From a virus, in the IMG/VR virus record IMGVR_UViG_3300027759_003827, positions 24,817-88,816 of that record: a stretch of DNA of 64,000 nt; one strand, given 5' to 3'. A model generated the notes under the pieces. It made no database searches. It was not told the origin of the DNA and worked only from the letters and a program-made list of their open reading frames with translations. The position numbers and the translations under genes are program-made. Of the stretch, positions 1-9,425 are shown piece after piece; the first letter of the stretch is position 1; every line of letters starts with the position of its first letter.

Positions 1-26
1 AACTCTGTTACTACATTGAAGTTCAT
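1..26 (-). CDS. 5' end of a CDS running off the window (MNFNVVTE...)
   Basis: ATG at 26, 3 nt after the upstream stop; only 8 codons visible. Confidence 0.5.
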
Positions 27-29
27 AGC

Positions 30-935
30 TTATTTATTTTGTAAGTAAGTCTTTACGTTGTTCTCATCATTACACCACTTTATTGCATACTGTCCTTCTA
101 GAGGTCTAGAGAACATTGGATGATAATGCTTACTACATCCTTTAAAGAAGTAATGGTTTGCTTGAGTCAAACGTGTCTTAGTGAAATCAGTTACACCTTC
201 TACATTACAGCCCCCGTGTAGCATATTAGCTGCCCATATTAAGGCTTGTCCCTTTTTAAGCTTTACTGTATACTTTTCTGCTTTTTTAGCTTTTACCAAG
301 TCAATTAAGAATTGCTCATACTTTGCATAGTTTACAGCTTCTCCGTTTTCAATTTCATCTGGATGAGGTAAGTTTAAGTTATGGTACTCGTATAAAGGCC
401 ATTTATGACTTCCTGGTACGATACTTAATGATCCGTTTGTTTCATCTACATCTTCAAGAGCGACCCAAACCCCTACCATCCATAATGCAGGTACAGTATG
501 AAAGTGTATAATGTCACTGTGTAGAGGTTGATTGCTTCCTTTTATAAAGTTAATAGTCGAGAAGGGAAATGGTTCCTTGTCGTACAAGAAAGATAAAGTA
601 TCTAATACAGCTGGATTTACAGTAAGGTTTGCAATTGCATCACTCTTTCTCCAGTGTTCAAAAATTCTTCTACTATCAGAATAGGTAAAGTGGTCTGCAT
701 GGTACTTTGTAGAATCATCTCCAAGTGCTGTATACATGTCTTTTACAGTGTTATCTATTTCTTCATCTGTTAGCTTCGTATCGACGATAAGGTATCCTTT
801 TTCGTGGTACTGTACGCACATCTCTTTTTGTTCTGGTGTTAGAGTTGTATCCTTTTCTAAAATATCATAAAAGAAAGGAGACTCTATCCAAGGTATGTCT
901 AGAGCGTGCTTGTCAGTAAAGTAATTTGTACTCAT
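30..935 (-). CDS. PhyH-family Fe(II)/2-oxoglutarate dioxygenase
   Basis: HxD (LHSD), WVALEDVDETNGSL.IVPGSH, distal His (MLHGG), late Arg. Confidence 0.85.
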   Translation of the reverse strand: MSTNYFTDKHALDIPWIESPFFYDILEKDTTLTPEQKEMCVQYHEKGYLIVDTKLTDEEIDNTVKDMYTALGDDSTKYHADHFTYSDSRRIFEHWRKSDAIANLTVNPAVLDTLSFLYDKEPFPFSTINFIKGSNQPLHSDIIHFHTVPALWMVGVWVALEDVDETNGSLSIVPGSHKWPLYEYHNLNLPHPDEIENGEAVNYAKYEQFLIDLVKAKKAEKYTVKLKKGQALIWAANMLHGGCNVEGVTDFTKTRLTQANHYFFKGCSKHYHPMFSRPLEGQYAIKWCNDENNVKTYLQNK

Positions 936-958
936 AGTTTATTATTTAAAATTTTATA

Positions 959-1603
959 TTATAATCCGCCGTCTATTCTTAAATTAACACCGCATACATA
1001 TTCGTTATCTACTATATAGTTAACTGTGTTATAAAGCTCTTCAATGCTTCCCCATCTCTTCAAGCCTATTTTCTCTTTAGCCATTTCTTGATATTTCTCT
1101 TCTACTCTATGACACATTCCTCCATCCCAATATCCTAACTGAATACTGTTACAAGTTATGCCGTACTTTATATTTTCTTTGTTAGCGTTACTTATAAATC
1201 TATCTACAAATGCTTTTGTTGCACAGTAGATTGAATTCTTAGGTACGTTTAATTCAGAAAATACCGATGAGATAGATATAATCCTTCCGTACTTCTTCTC
1301 TATCATTTTAGGTAAGCATGTTGATACGATATTAATATTTCCTTTTATGTTAACATCAATCATATCATTAATTGACTTTTGATCCTCTTCGTTAATCTTA
1401 CTTAAGAAAACATCGTATTTTAAACCGCTCATGTTTAATACTATATCAAACTCATAATCGGTAAAAAAGCTTTTTAACTCTTCAAAAGAAGTTACATCTA
1501 CATTCTTACTTCCAAGAGCAGTAACTTGATACTTCTGCTCTAGAAAAGGAATTAGCTTTTGACCAACTCCTCCTGTTGCTCCAAATACTACTATCTTTTT
1601 CAT
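959..1603 (-). CDS. short-chain dehydrogenase/reductase, FabG-like
   Basis: GATGGVG Rossmann motif, YxxxK (YCATK), C-terminal IDGGL. Confidence 0.85.
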   Translation of the reverse strand: MKKIVVFGATGGVGQKLIPFLEQKYQVTALGSKNVDVTSFEELKSFFTDYEFDIVLNMSGLKYDVFLSKINEEDQKSINDMIDVNIKGNINIVSTCLPKMIEKKYGRIISISSVFSELNVPKNSIYCATKAFVDRFISNANKENIKYGITCNSIQLGYWDGGMCHRVEEKYQEMAKEKIGLKRWGSIEELYNTVNYIVDNEYVCGVNLRIDGGL

Positions 1604-1604
1604 A

Positions 1605-2555
1605 TTATCTAATATACTTTAATAATGTAACTCCCCATACCCAACCTGATCCTACTGCTGGCATTATTAAAACGTCTCCGTTCTTTATTTTATCTTCCCT
1701 ATAAGCTTTATCTAAAGCCATTGGAATAGATGCACCAGCTGTATTAGCGAAGTTAGTCATATTAAAGATAACCTTTTCTAATGGGAAATCCAAAATTTCT
1801 GATGTTTTAAATAAAACTCTATGTCCAGGTTGATGAGGTATCATCAAATCTATATCTTCGTTCGTTAAACTATGATTGTCCATCATTCTCTTAATGGAAT
1901 CCGGCAGTACTTTAGTAGCGAACTCATATACTGCACCTGCATTCATATTAAAATTCTCCCCGTGATAACAGGTAAATGAATCGCTAGGAGCAGTTTCGGT
2001 TCCAGTTCCGTCTCCGTATATTTCTGTATCAACCCAAGCGCCTTCTATTTTAGATAAGATAACTGCACCTGCACCGTCTCCAAAGAAAACACAGCTTCTA
2101 TTACTCCAATCTGTATTCTTAGAGTAAGCATCTGCTCCAATCAATAAAACATTTTTATATTGTCCTGTACTTACTAGGTTAGTTGCTAGTTGCATACCGT
2201 AAACAAATCCTCCACATACTGCATTTATATCAAAAGCCGGTCTTTTTAAATCTAGTTTACCGGCAGTTATACAGGCAGTAGAAGGAGCTATTCTATCTGG
2301 ACTAGATGTTGCTACTATAATTAGATCGATATCTTCTTTATCAAGCCCTGCATCTGCAATTGCATTTAAAGCTGCTTGATAGGCTAAATCAGAAGGTAGT
2401 TCGTCTGTAACAATACGTCTTTTATTTATACCTAAGTTCTTAGAAATCCATTCAGAGGTTGTACCTACGTTAAGGTCTTCTATATTCTTATTAGGAATCT
2501 CTTGCATTGGAACATAAGAACCAATTCCTTTTATACCTACGTTATCTAGTTTCAT
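1605..2555 (-). CDS. fabH: 3-oxoacyl-ACP synthase III
   Basis: Cys-His-Asn triad (AVCGGF, IPHQ, ANTAGASIP), FGDGAGA. Confidence 0.92.
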   Translation of the reverse strand: MKLDNVGIKGIGSYVPMQEIPNKNIEDLNVGTTSEWISKNLGINKRRIVTDELPSDLAYQAALNAIADAGLDKEDIDLIIVATSSPDRIAPSTACITAGKLDLKRPAFDINAVCGGFVYGMQLATNLVSTGQYKNVLLIGADAYSKNTDWSNRSCVFFGDGAGAVILSKIEGAWVDTEIYGDGTGTETAPSDSFTCYHGENFNMNAGAVYEFATKVLPDSIKRMMDNHSLTNEDIDLMIPHQPGHRVLFKTSEILDFPLEKVIFNMTNFANTAGASIPMALDKAYREDKIKNGDVLIMPAVGSGWVWGVTLLKYIR

Positions 2556-2558
2556 AGC

Positions 2559-3104
2559 TTATTTAATTTCAATGTTATAGCCTAATGCTTTTGCATACTC
2601 TGCAATTTTATCCTTTCTTCTACTCTTTAAAGGCTTAGCAGGACTTCCTATATAAACTGTCCAAGGTTCTATATTCTTATTAACAAAAGAATTAGCGCCT
2701 ATTACAGCTCCTTGTCCTATTGTTACACCTGGACTAATTACTACATTAGTTCCTATAGTAACAAACTCTTCAATAACTATAGGCTCCATTATAACTTCAT
2801 CTCTATATTCATCCGGTACCATTGGATTTGCTAATCCTTCTCCCATATGCTTCTCTGATGCACAAATTATTCTACACCCAGCTGCTATACCGCTAAAGTG
2901 TCCTACAGTTAGGGAAGTTTTTGGTCCTCCAATAATAGTAACATAGGGTCCTATATGAACATAATCGCCAATCGTTAAAGCAGTCGTACAGTAGAACCCG
3001 CTATCAATTGCACAGTTACTTCCTATCTCAACTAGCTGAGGTCTTTTTATCTCTACGTTAGGACTAACAAAGACATTTGTTCCTATACCTTTAATATTAT
3101 GCAT
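2559..3104 (-). CDS. hexapeptide-repeat (left-handed beta-helix) acyltransferase
   Basis: hexapeptide repeats, IGQGAVIGANSFV, GSPAK; start moved to ATG 3104 to avoid overlap. Confidence 0.85.
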   Translation of the reverse strand: MHNIKGIGTNVFVSPNVEIKRPQLVEIGSNCAIDSGFYCTTALTIGDYVHIGPYVTIIGGPKTSLTVGHFSGIAAGCRIICASEKHMGEGLANPMVPDEYRDEVIMEPIVIEEFVTIGTNVVISPGVTIGQGAVIGANSFVNKNIEPWTVYIGSPAKPLKSRRKDKIAEYAKALGYNIEIK

Positions 3105-3108
3105 TTTA

Positions 3109-3726
3109 TTATTCTTTTGTCCAAGCCTCCCATACAAACGGATAGCTGTATTTTAATTTAAATCCTCTTACTTTTAATCCTTCATGAATAACTTCTTTTC
3201 TTTCTCTATCATTTTCAATTCCTAAATGAAACTGAACCTGTAGAGTTTTAATTCTATCTATAATTCCAGTTTCTAACATATTTTCTAAAATAGGATACTC
3301 ATCTCCTTCTATATTCATCTGTAAGAGGTTTACTTCTTTAATATCCCATTCATTTAATATACGATTTAAAGTTCTAAATTCAACCTCTACCGGTATACTA
3401 CTTTCTGCATTAGAAGAAGATCCATCATCGCTAAGGTATATTATTCCTTTTTTATCTTCTACTCCAACTCCTACGTTTAATAAATGTATACTACTTCGGT
3501 CTTTAAACTTATCAACCATTTGATTATAGAACTTTTCTATAGGTTCTATAGCATATACGTTACATTGAAACTTACTGTGTATTTGAGTAGCCCAAACTCC
3601 AGTAAAGCCTCCTAACTCTACGACAGTAGAATTTGTACTTAAGTTATGGTTCAGGATATGAGTATAATCTCCCTCATGATCTCTCCACAAAGCGAGATGA
3701 TAGTTATCTAAAGTTAATTCAGGCAT
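3109..3726 (-). CDS. FkbM-family SAM methyltransferase
   Basis: VVELGGFTG, AIEP, LLQMNIEGDE, LQVQFH. Confidence 0.8.
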   Translation of the reverse strand: MPELTLDNYHLALWRDHEGDYTHILNHNLSTNSTVVELGGFTGVWATQIHSKFQCNVYAIEPIEKFYNQMVDKFKDRSSIHLLNVGVGVEDKKGIIYLSDDGSSSNAESSIPVEVEFRTLNRILNEWDIKEVNLLQMNIEGDEYPILENMLETGIIDRIKTLQVQFHLGIENDRERKEVIHEGLKVRGFKLKYSYPFVWEAWTKE

Positions 3727-4135
3727 CTAAAAAAGTTTTATCAAGAGCTTGTCCTTCGTAAGGTCCAGTCTTATATTCATATACTAAGGTATTATCTTCT
3801 AGGATAAGGTAATTATGTCCTCCTTGTAGAGTAAAGCTAGCATCTCCTACTTCTAGTACTGGAGTTGCAAGGATAGTATTATCTAAGTCGTAGAAAGTAC
3901 ATTGAACTTTACCTTGAACTACTATCCAGCTCTCTTGAGCTATAACTAATCTATCTCTCTGCTTCCAAATATGCCTATGAGGTCTAAATGTTTTACCCTC
4001 TTCCATATTAAGAATAGAGCATTGAATAAAGTTCTCTTCAGATACTACATCCTGTCTTCCAGGTAGCATATCTTCTTTTCTTACAACGATATGTAATAAA
4101 GTTTCTGGTTCAATCTTTGAGTATATTTTCTCCAT
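3719..4135 (-). CDS. cupin-fold protein (WbuC-like), sugar pathway
   Basis: PHRH...QE...GGH metal ligands, EYKTGPY. Confidence 0.65.
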   Translation of the reverse strand: MEKIYSKIEPETLLHIVVRKEDMLPGRQDVVSEENFIQCSILNMEEGKTFRPHRHIWKQRDRLVIAQESWIVVQGKVQCTFYDLDNTILATPVLEVGDASFTLQGGHNYLILEDNTLVYEYKTGPYEGQALDKTFLDA

Positions 4136-4136
4136 A

Positions 4137-4967
4137 TTATATTTTTATCCAATTATTAGGTATTAAATCTTCTGTATTTAAATGAGCATAAACCGGACCA
4201 AACCAAGTTGCAGGTGCAACTACTTTCTTGTTGGGGTTAGCGTTTAAATAAGCAGCCCACCAACTAAAAGAGCTATTAGCGATAATACTATCTCCGCATA
4301 GACTCATTATATAGAAATCCATCCAATCTACCCCGGAAGTATAGAAATGCTTATTAGGTATAAAGTCTAAGAGCTTTTTACTTTCTTCTAAATCATCACT
4401 GAAGACAAGGTAAGTTCTATTTTCTCCAATTTCTTTTACAGCTTGTTCATAAAACTCTCTAGTAATTAATGGATGATGATCTGGAAACTGAGTGTAATCT
4501 CCTCTACGTACGTGTAAGAAAGCTAAGTCACTTACATTAGGAATAAATTCTCGTATTTGAGCTTCTATTTCGTCTGTAGCTTTAAAAAGGTCTACTATCT
4601 TATCCTTATGTTTCTCAAAATACTTTTCACTTTGAAACTGTCCGTCTAATAATAAACTAGTTCCTGGAGTATATGGAATAGGGCTATAATTAAAGCTAGG
4701 CTCTGTATGGGTAGTATAAGGAGTTGGAAGTTTATCTATAAACTGAACATTTCTTAAAATATTACTGTAGTATACTCTGTAGTCAACATATCCTTGAGTA
4801 GCTGGCCTCCCTAAGCTTCCAGGTATGTAATGTATATCGCTAGGTCTAATAAACTCATTAGAGAAAATATAATCAACATTATTATCCCATGCAGCACTAA
4901 TTGATGCTGCTAGTTTAAACATAACATTACCTATTCCTCCTCTATGATTTGTGCTTATGTAATTCAT
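4137..4967 (-). CDS. GT11 glycosyltransferase (alpha-1,2-fucosyltransferase family)
   Basis: GGIGNVMF, FQSEKYF, HVRRGDY, FSDD, IIANSSFSWWAAYL. Confidence 0.9.
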   Translation of the reverse strand: MNYISTNHRGGIGNVMFKLAASISAAWDNNVDYIFSNEFIRPSDIHYIPGSLGRPATQGYVDYRVYYSNILRNVQFIDKLPTPYTTHTEPSFNYSPIPYTPGTSLLLDGQFQSEKYFEKHKDKIVDLFKATDEIEAQIREFIPNVSDLAFLHVRRGDYTQFPDHHPLITREFYEQAVKEIGENRTYLVFSDDLEESKKLLDFIPNKHFYTSGVDWMDFYIMSLCGDSIIANSSFSWWAAYLNANPNKKVVAPATWFGPVYAHLNTEDLIPNNWIKI

Positions 4968-5716
4968 AATCTTTGCAAAGGTTTTAAATTTCTAATAAGG
5001 CTTTCGACTCTCTTCTGCTCCTCTAATCTAGATTTACTTTCTGATCCAGAATCATCTCCTGAATTATAAACGTATACTGGTTGATCAAATCTAATAATTC
5101 TATCTTTACCAGCCATTTCAACCATCGGCATACACATAGCAAAGTCTGCTGTAATATTCCAATACTTACCTGTCTCCGGATTAATTAAATACTCTTGAGG
5201 TACTTTATCAAATAACCATGCTTTATAAGTCTTTAAATGACTATAGGCAAAGGGACTCTGTCTTATATTATTATCATCAGGTAAGTGCATATGAAAATGA
5301 CCTCCTACTTTACCTGAAGGATACTCTATGTAATGTCCGTAAGTCATCCACACATTAGGATCTTGATAAGCTTCATTTAGATAATCGAAGACGAAAGGAT
5401 GTAATAGCCAATCATCTGCATCTACTTCTACTATAATATCGTCTGGATTTACTAGATTACGTTCTTTAAGTTTATTGTAGCAATACATAAAATTGCTTAT
5501 TTGACTATCTTTATCCTCGTTAGTTATGATATGAAACCTTTCATCTTGTGAAATACTTCTATATAACTCCCAAATAGTTTTATCTTGTGATACATCATAT
5601 GCATAAGCTGCAAGAAAGTTTTTATAGGATTGTTGCTTAATACTATTAACATTAAAGCCAACCCACTTCTCTTTGTTATAAACTGTCGATATAAGTATAA
5701 ACCTATTCTGTATCAT
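4964..5716 (-). CDS. GT2 glycosyltransferase
   Basis: STVYN..., VDADDWL DxD motif, YVYN. Confidence 0.8.
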   Translation of the reverse strand: MIQNRFILISTVYNKEKWVGFNVNSIKQQSYKNFLAAYAYDVSQDKTIWELYRSISQDERFHIITNEDKDSQISNFMYCYNKLKERNLVNPDDIIVEVDADDWLLHPFVFDYLNEAYQDPNVWMTYGHYIEYPSGKVGGHFHMHLPDDNNIRQSPFAYSHLKTYKAWLFDKVPQEYLINPETGKYWNITADFAMCMPMVEMAGKDRIIRFDQPVYVYNSGDDSGSESKSRLEEQKRVESLIRNLKPLQRL

Positions 5717-6689
5717 TTAATTTTATTTTCATTTGTGACTTCCAAACCTCTAAGTCGTAATACTTTCTATAATTTGCTTTTGCTTGTCTACTGCAATGCT
5801 TATAAAAGTCTTCATCTTCTATAAGTTTCTTTGCAAGGTCTCTTGCAACCATAACGTCTTGTATCTCTACAGCTAGATCTGGTTGACAATAAGCTTGAGT
5901 ATCTACTGCGGCGTTTCCTATACAAGGTATGCCTAAGTAAGAACAGTTTAAGCTAAAGGTACCCGCTGCTACAGTAGGCATTAAATGTACTGCGTATTTA
6001 AAAGTGCTTAATTGCTTTATCCAATCAGTCCACATTACTCTAGGGAGGTGCTGTACTATCTGCTCTTCGCCCTCTCTTATAGCATGAGAAGTCTGTCCCC
6101 AAGTAGGAACTTTAAACTCTTGAGCTACCAAATAACTTTCAAAACCTCCGTACCATCTAGCAAAGTTACCTCCTATAATAGCCTTCTCTTCAGGCTTCCA
6201 TTCTATAGCTTTAATAGAATCTTCTATCATTAAAGAAGGAATAAGCATTATAGTTTTAGTTGGAAATAAACCAGCATAGTAATTTAAATCAGAGTGGTTA
6301 TGTGCAAAGATAGCATCTACTTTTGCAAGCATGTTATAAAAGTTTATCTGATCTGCTAATTCATAATCATTCCACCACCAGTGAGGTCCTTCTTGTACGT
6401 AGTAAATTTTCTTATTATTTTTCTTTAGTATCTCTATTAGATTCGAATTAAGTAATCCGCTTACTGGATTCTCTCCGTTAATTAGTCTTGAACCTTCAGC
6501 GCTTAAAAAGGTCTTACCTTTAGGAAAGATAATAAAAACGTGATCGTAATCTTGAACTTCTGCATAATGGTGAAGGTGCCTATGATCGGCATTAAGAGCA
6601 TGCATCCAAGCAAACTCTGTTCTCATATTAGAATGATTAGCAGGAACTTTGCCTTCAAACCCCATCTCTGTTAAAAAAGCTATTTTCAT
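5703..6689 (-). CDS. putative GT-B fold glycosyltransferase
   Basis: MKIAF N-terminus, LGIPCIG, C-terminal 'LIEDEDFY...AKANY' pattern; cluster context. Confidence 0.5.
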   Translation of the reverse strand: MKIAFLTEMGFEGKVPANHSNMRTEFAWMHALNADHRHLHHYAEVQDYDHVFIIFPKGKTFLSAEGSRLINGENPVSGLLNSNLIEILKKNNKKIYYVQEGPHWWWNDYELADQINFYNMLAKVDAIFAHNHSDLNYYAGLFPTKTIMLIPSLMIEDSIKAIEWKPEEKAIIGGNFARWYGGFESYLVAQEFKVPTWGQTSHAIREGEEQIVQHLPRVMWTDWIKQLSTFKYAVHLMPTVAAGTFSLNCSYLGIPCIGNAAVDTQAYCQPDLAVEIQDVMVARDLAKKLIEDEDFYKHCSRQAKANYRKYYDLEVWKSQMKIKLNDTE

Positions 6690-7303
6690 AATGCGCTATA
6701 AAAATTATTTTGTCTCTCTTGTCTTTCTATTCCTTTTGGATGATACAGGCAATAAGCTTCTTCAGCAGGTAACATTACATAATTATTATGTCCTGTAAGT
6801 ACTTCGTGAACCTTACTTGCCCAGTTTATCTTAGGGGAATTTTGAAGGATTCTAGTCTGATAATCAGGAAAGTTAACCCATCCTTTTTCATCAACTCTCC
6901 ATTGCCATTTGTTAATATGCTCTTGAGTTAACCCTTCTACTGTATTGATTCTAGGAACTAGAAGCAAATCTACTGTAGGATTAGATTGCAAGATAGCTGG
7001 AAGATTCTTTATAAGATTCTCACTTAGATATTCATCAGCATCTATTTGAAATATCCAAGCTCCGGTACAATGCTTCTTTAAATTATTCTTAAAAGCAGCA
7101 AAGTTTCCTTTTAGTGGAAACTCTATCACGTGAATAAAAGCTGAGTATTTATCTAAAACTCTATATACTTCAGGGGATGTATTGCCTTGATCACATTGCA
7201 CTACTACTTCCATATCGGAAGTTTGGTAAAACAGTAACTGAGCTAATAACCTGTCTAGTTCTTTATCTTCATTACATACAGGAATTGCGTAACTTATTCT
7301 CAT
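6686..7303 (-). CDS. GT2 glycosyltransferase
   Basis: ISYAIPVCNE, WIFQIDADE, PDYQTR, KVHE. Confidence 0.85.
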   Translation of the reverse strand: MRISYAIPVCNEDKELDRLLAQLLFYQTSDMEVVVQCDQGNTSPEVYRVLDKYSAFIHVIEFPLKGNFAAFKNNLKKHCTGAWIFQIDADEYLSENLIKNLPAILQSNPTVDLLLVPRINTVEGLTQEHINKWQWRVDEKGWVNFPDYQTRILQNSPKINWASKVHEVLTGHNNYVMLPAEEAYCLYHPKGIERQERQNNFYSAL

Positions 7304-7312
7304 AGTTTGCTT

Positions 7313-7762
7313 TTAAAATAATCCGATATAGTCGCAAGCTTCTATAAAATCTTCTCCAAAGTTCTGTAAAGACTTAGCATCCGATTTATAGGTTAAGCCT
7401 TTGTACTTAGGCTCTTTTTTTTCTTCTTCTGTTAACTCTACTACTTTAATAGCAGACCATTTAATATCTTCTGCTGATGTTCCGTTTAAGAAGACTGTAC
7501 CTCTATCTGGTAAGTTAATACTAATAGGATACCATACTCTACTTTCTTGATCTACGTACTTAACGTCTTTATAGAGTTCAGGTAAAGTTTCTTCGAATGC
7601 AGTAAAGTCAAACTCCCCTTCTTTCATTAAATCGTTAGTTTGAAATCCACACCCCCAACAGAAGTAATTATTCTTTGTCTCGTTAATAGGAGTTTTATAG
7701 CATCCATCACAGCCGCACTTAGGGCATATAATCATTTCGTCGTTAGTCATTAGTTTTATCAT
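7313..7762 (-). CDS. hypothetical protein with N-terminal Zn ribbon
   Basis: CPKC...CWGC. Confidence 0.6.
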   Translation of the reverse strand: MIKLMTNDEMIICPKCGCDGCYKTPINETKNNYFCWGCGFQTNDLMKEGEFDFTAFEETLPELYKDVKYVDQESRVWYPISINLPDRGTVFLNGTSAEDIKWSAIKVVELTEEEKKEPKYKGLTYKSDAKSLQNFGEDFIEACDYIGLF

Positions 7763-8120
7763 TTAAGTCTGCAAAATAAGTTGCATACCAATTAGGTGCT
7801 CCGTTAGTCGTATAGGTTGTTCCTACACCTAAACCGCTACCAGTTGTGAATGTAATAGAAGTAGTTCCTGGTGTTGTTGTTATTCTAGTACCCGTAGGTG
7901 TTTCAGGACCTCTTGTTTCATATGGATTAATTCCTGTCCAATTTGGATAAACTGTTCTAAATGTATTAGGATCTGTCATTACTCCGCCCATTGGAACTGT
8001 GTTATCATCTACTTCAGCTAGCTTATCCTTCATTAGATCCCATTGCTTAGGAGTAATATTAAAATCATGCACTCCTTCAGTAAATCCTTTTAACCATATT
8101 ATAAATTCCTTACTAGTCAT
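7743..8120 (-). CDS. hypothetical protein, Thr/Gly-rich C-terminus
   Basis: ORF tiles between neighbours. Confidence 0.55.
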   Translation of the reverse strand: MTSKEFIIWLKGFTEGVHDFNITPKQWDLMKDKLAEVDDNTVPMGGVMTDPNTFRTVYPNWTGINPYETRGPETPTGTRITTTPGTTSITFTTGSGLGVGTTYTTNGAPNWYATYFADLNDKTND

Positions 8121-8121
8121 A

Positions 8122-9402
8122 TTAGCTAATTTTAGTTAATTGAGGTAATTTAAACTCTACTTGTTTAGGTACATTAGCATACTTATCTAAATATCCTTTT
8201 AAGAATAATACCATATTATCAAAACTAAATTCAGTCTTAATTTTATGTCCTTGACGCTTACCTCTGTCTTCGTATTTCTTATAATGAGCAAATACATCCT
8301 CCATAGCTTTTGCTGCAAGGTTATGATCAATAGTAAACCATAATGCACCTGGTAGGATTAATCCTTGAGATTGAGCTGAAGGATGAGTTTGAGTTAACTC
8401 GCCTGGTATTAATACGGCGAACTCTCCATCTAAAAAATCTACTTGACCAGACCATCCAGAAGCGATTACAGGTTTCTTAGATAAACAAAACTCAGCAAGA
8501 GGCCTACCGTATCCTTCTCCCTTAGCAAATGATATCATTGCTTTTACTTTAGGATGATTATATAAGTTATTCATATCTTCATCGTCTAAGTCTCCGTGTA
8601 GTAAGTAAATGTTAGGTAAGTCTATACCTGGAACTAAGTTTCTAACAGCATCTATTTTCTTTAGTATCTCTTCTCTATCCATAATACAACTAGTAGAACT
8701 AGAAGTTTTTAATATAAGAGCAGGTTTATTTTTCTTACCTTTAAACGTATCTAAGAAAGTATAAATCATTTTACTTACGTTCTTTCTATCTTCTCCGAAC
8801 TCTCCTTGTAACCAGTGTCCTACAAACAGATAGCAAAACTCTTCTTTAATCTCGTCTAAGTCTAATACTAAATCTGTTTCAGGTAACTCGTCATCTACAA
8901 TAGAAAAATACTTATTTAAATCTACTCCTTCAAATAAAACCTCTACAGGCTTTTCTAATTTAAGTATTTCATTAGGGTTCTCTTGCTTACCGTAACTAGT
9001 AGCTTGTAGTACATTCTTAGCATGCTGAGAAGATACTAAGGTTAAATCCATTCTATTACATCCTTCAAGCCAGCTAGCATCACATACGGTAGTTTCAATA
9101 CCGGCTGTAACTCCTATACTAACTCTGCCTACGTGTTGAAATTCGTTTGGTATAGTTATTTGAAACCAGTAGTCTGGTTGCTTAGTTAAAGGTCCTTTTA
9201 ATAACAAAGGTATCATCCATCCCCACTCCTCTTTGTAATCTTCTAAGAAGCCCCAAGAAGTATTTCCCCATCTCTGAGGCATTATTTGAATATCCCATTC
9301 GTCTTTCTTTAACTCGTAAAGGGCTTTAATAAAATCTCTTGATCTTGCTCCATAACCTGAATAGGTATCTGGCGGTGCTGATATAACGCAGTATTGTTTC
9401 AT
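8122..9402 (-). CDS. GT4 glycosyltransferase
   Basis: SGYG, DRKN, GEGYGRPLAE (Ex7E), PVIASGWSG. Confidence 0.85.
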   Translation of the reverse strand: MKQYCVISAPPDTYSGYGARSRDFIKALYELKKDEWDIQIMPQRWGNTSWGFLEDYKEEWGWMIPLLLKGPLTKQPDYWFQITIPNEFQHVGRVSIGVTAGIETTVCDASWLEGCNRMDLTLVSSQHAKNVLQATSYGKQENPNEILKLEKPVEVLFEGVDLNKYFSIVDDELPETDLVLDLDEIKEEFCYLFVGHWLQGEFGEDRKNVSKMIYTFLDTFKGKKNKPALILKTSSSTSCIMDREEILKKIDAVRNLVPGIDLPNIYLLHGDLDDEDMNNLYNHPKVKAMISFAKGEGYGRPLAEFCLSKKPVIASGWSGQVDFLDGEFAVLIPGELTQTHPSAQSQGLILPGALWFTIDHNLAAKAMEDVFAHYKKYEDRGKRQGHKIKTEFSFDNMVLFLKGYLDKYANVPKQVEFKLPQLTKIS

Positions 9403-9425
9403 GTTGTAAGTATAAACTTTATTTT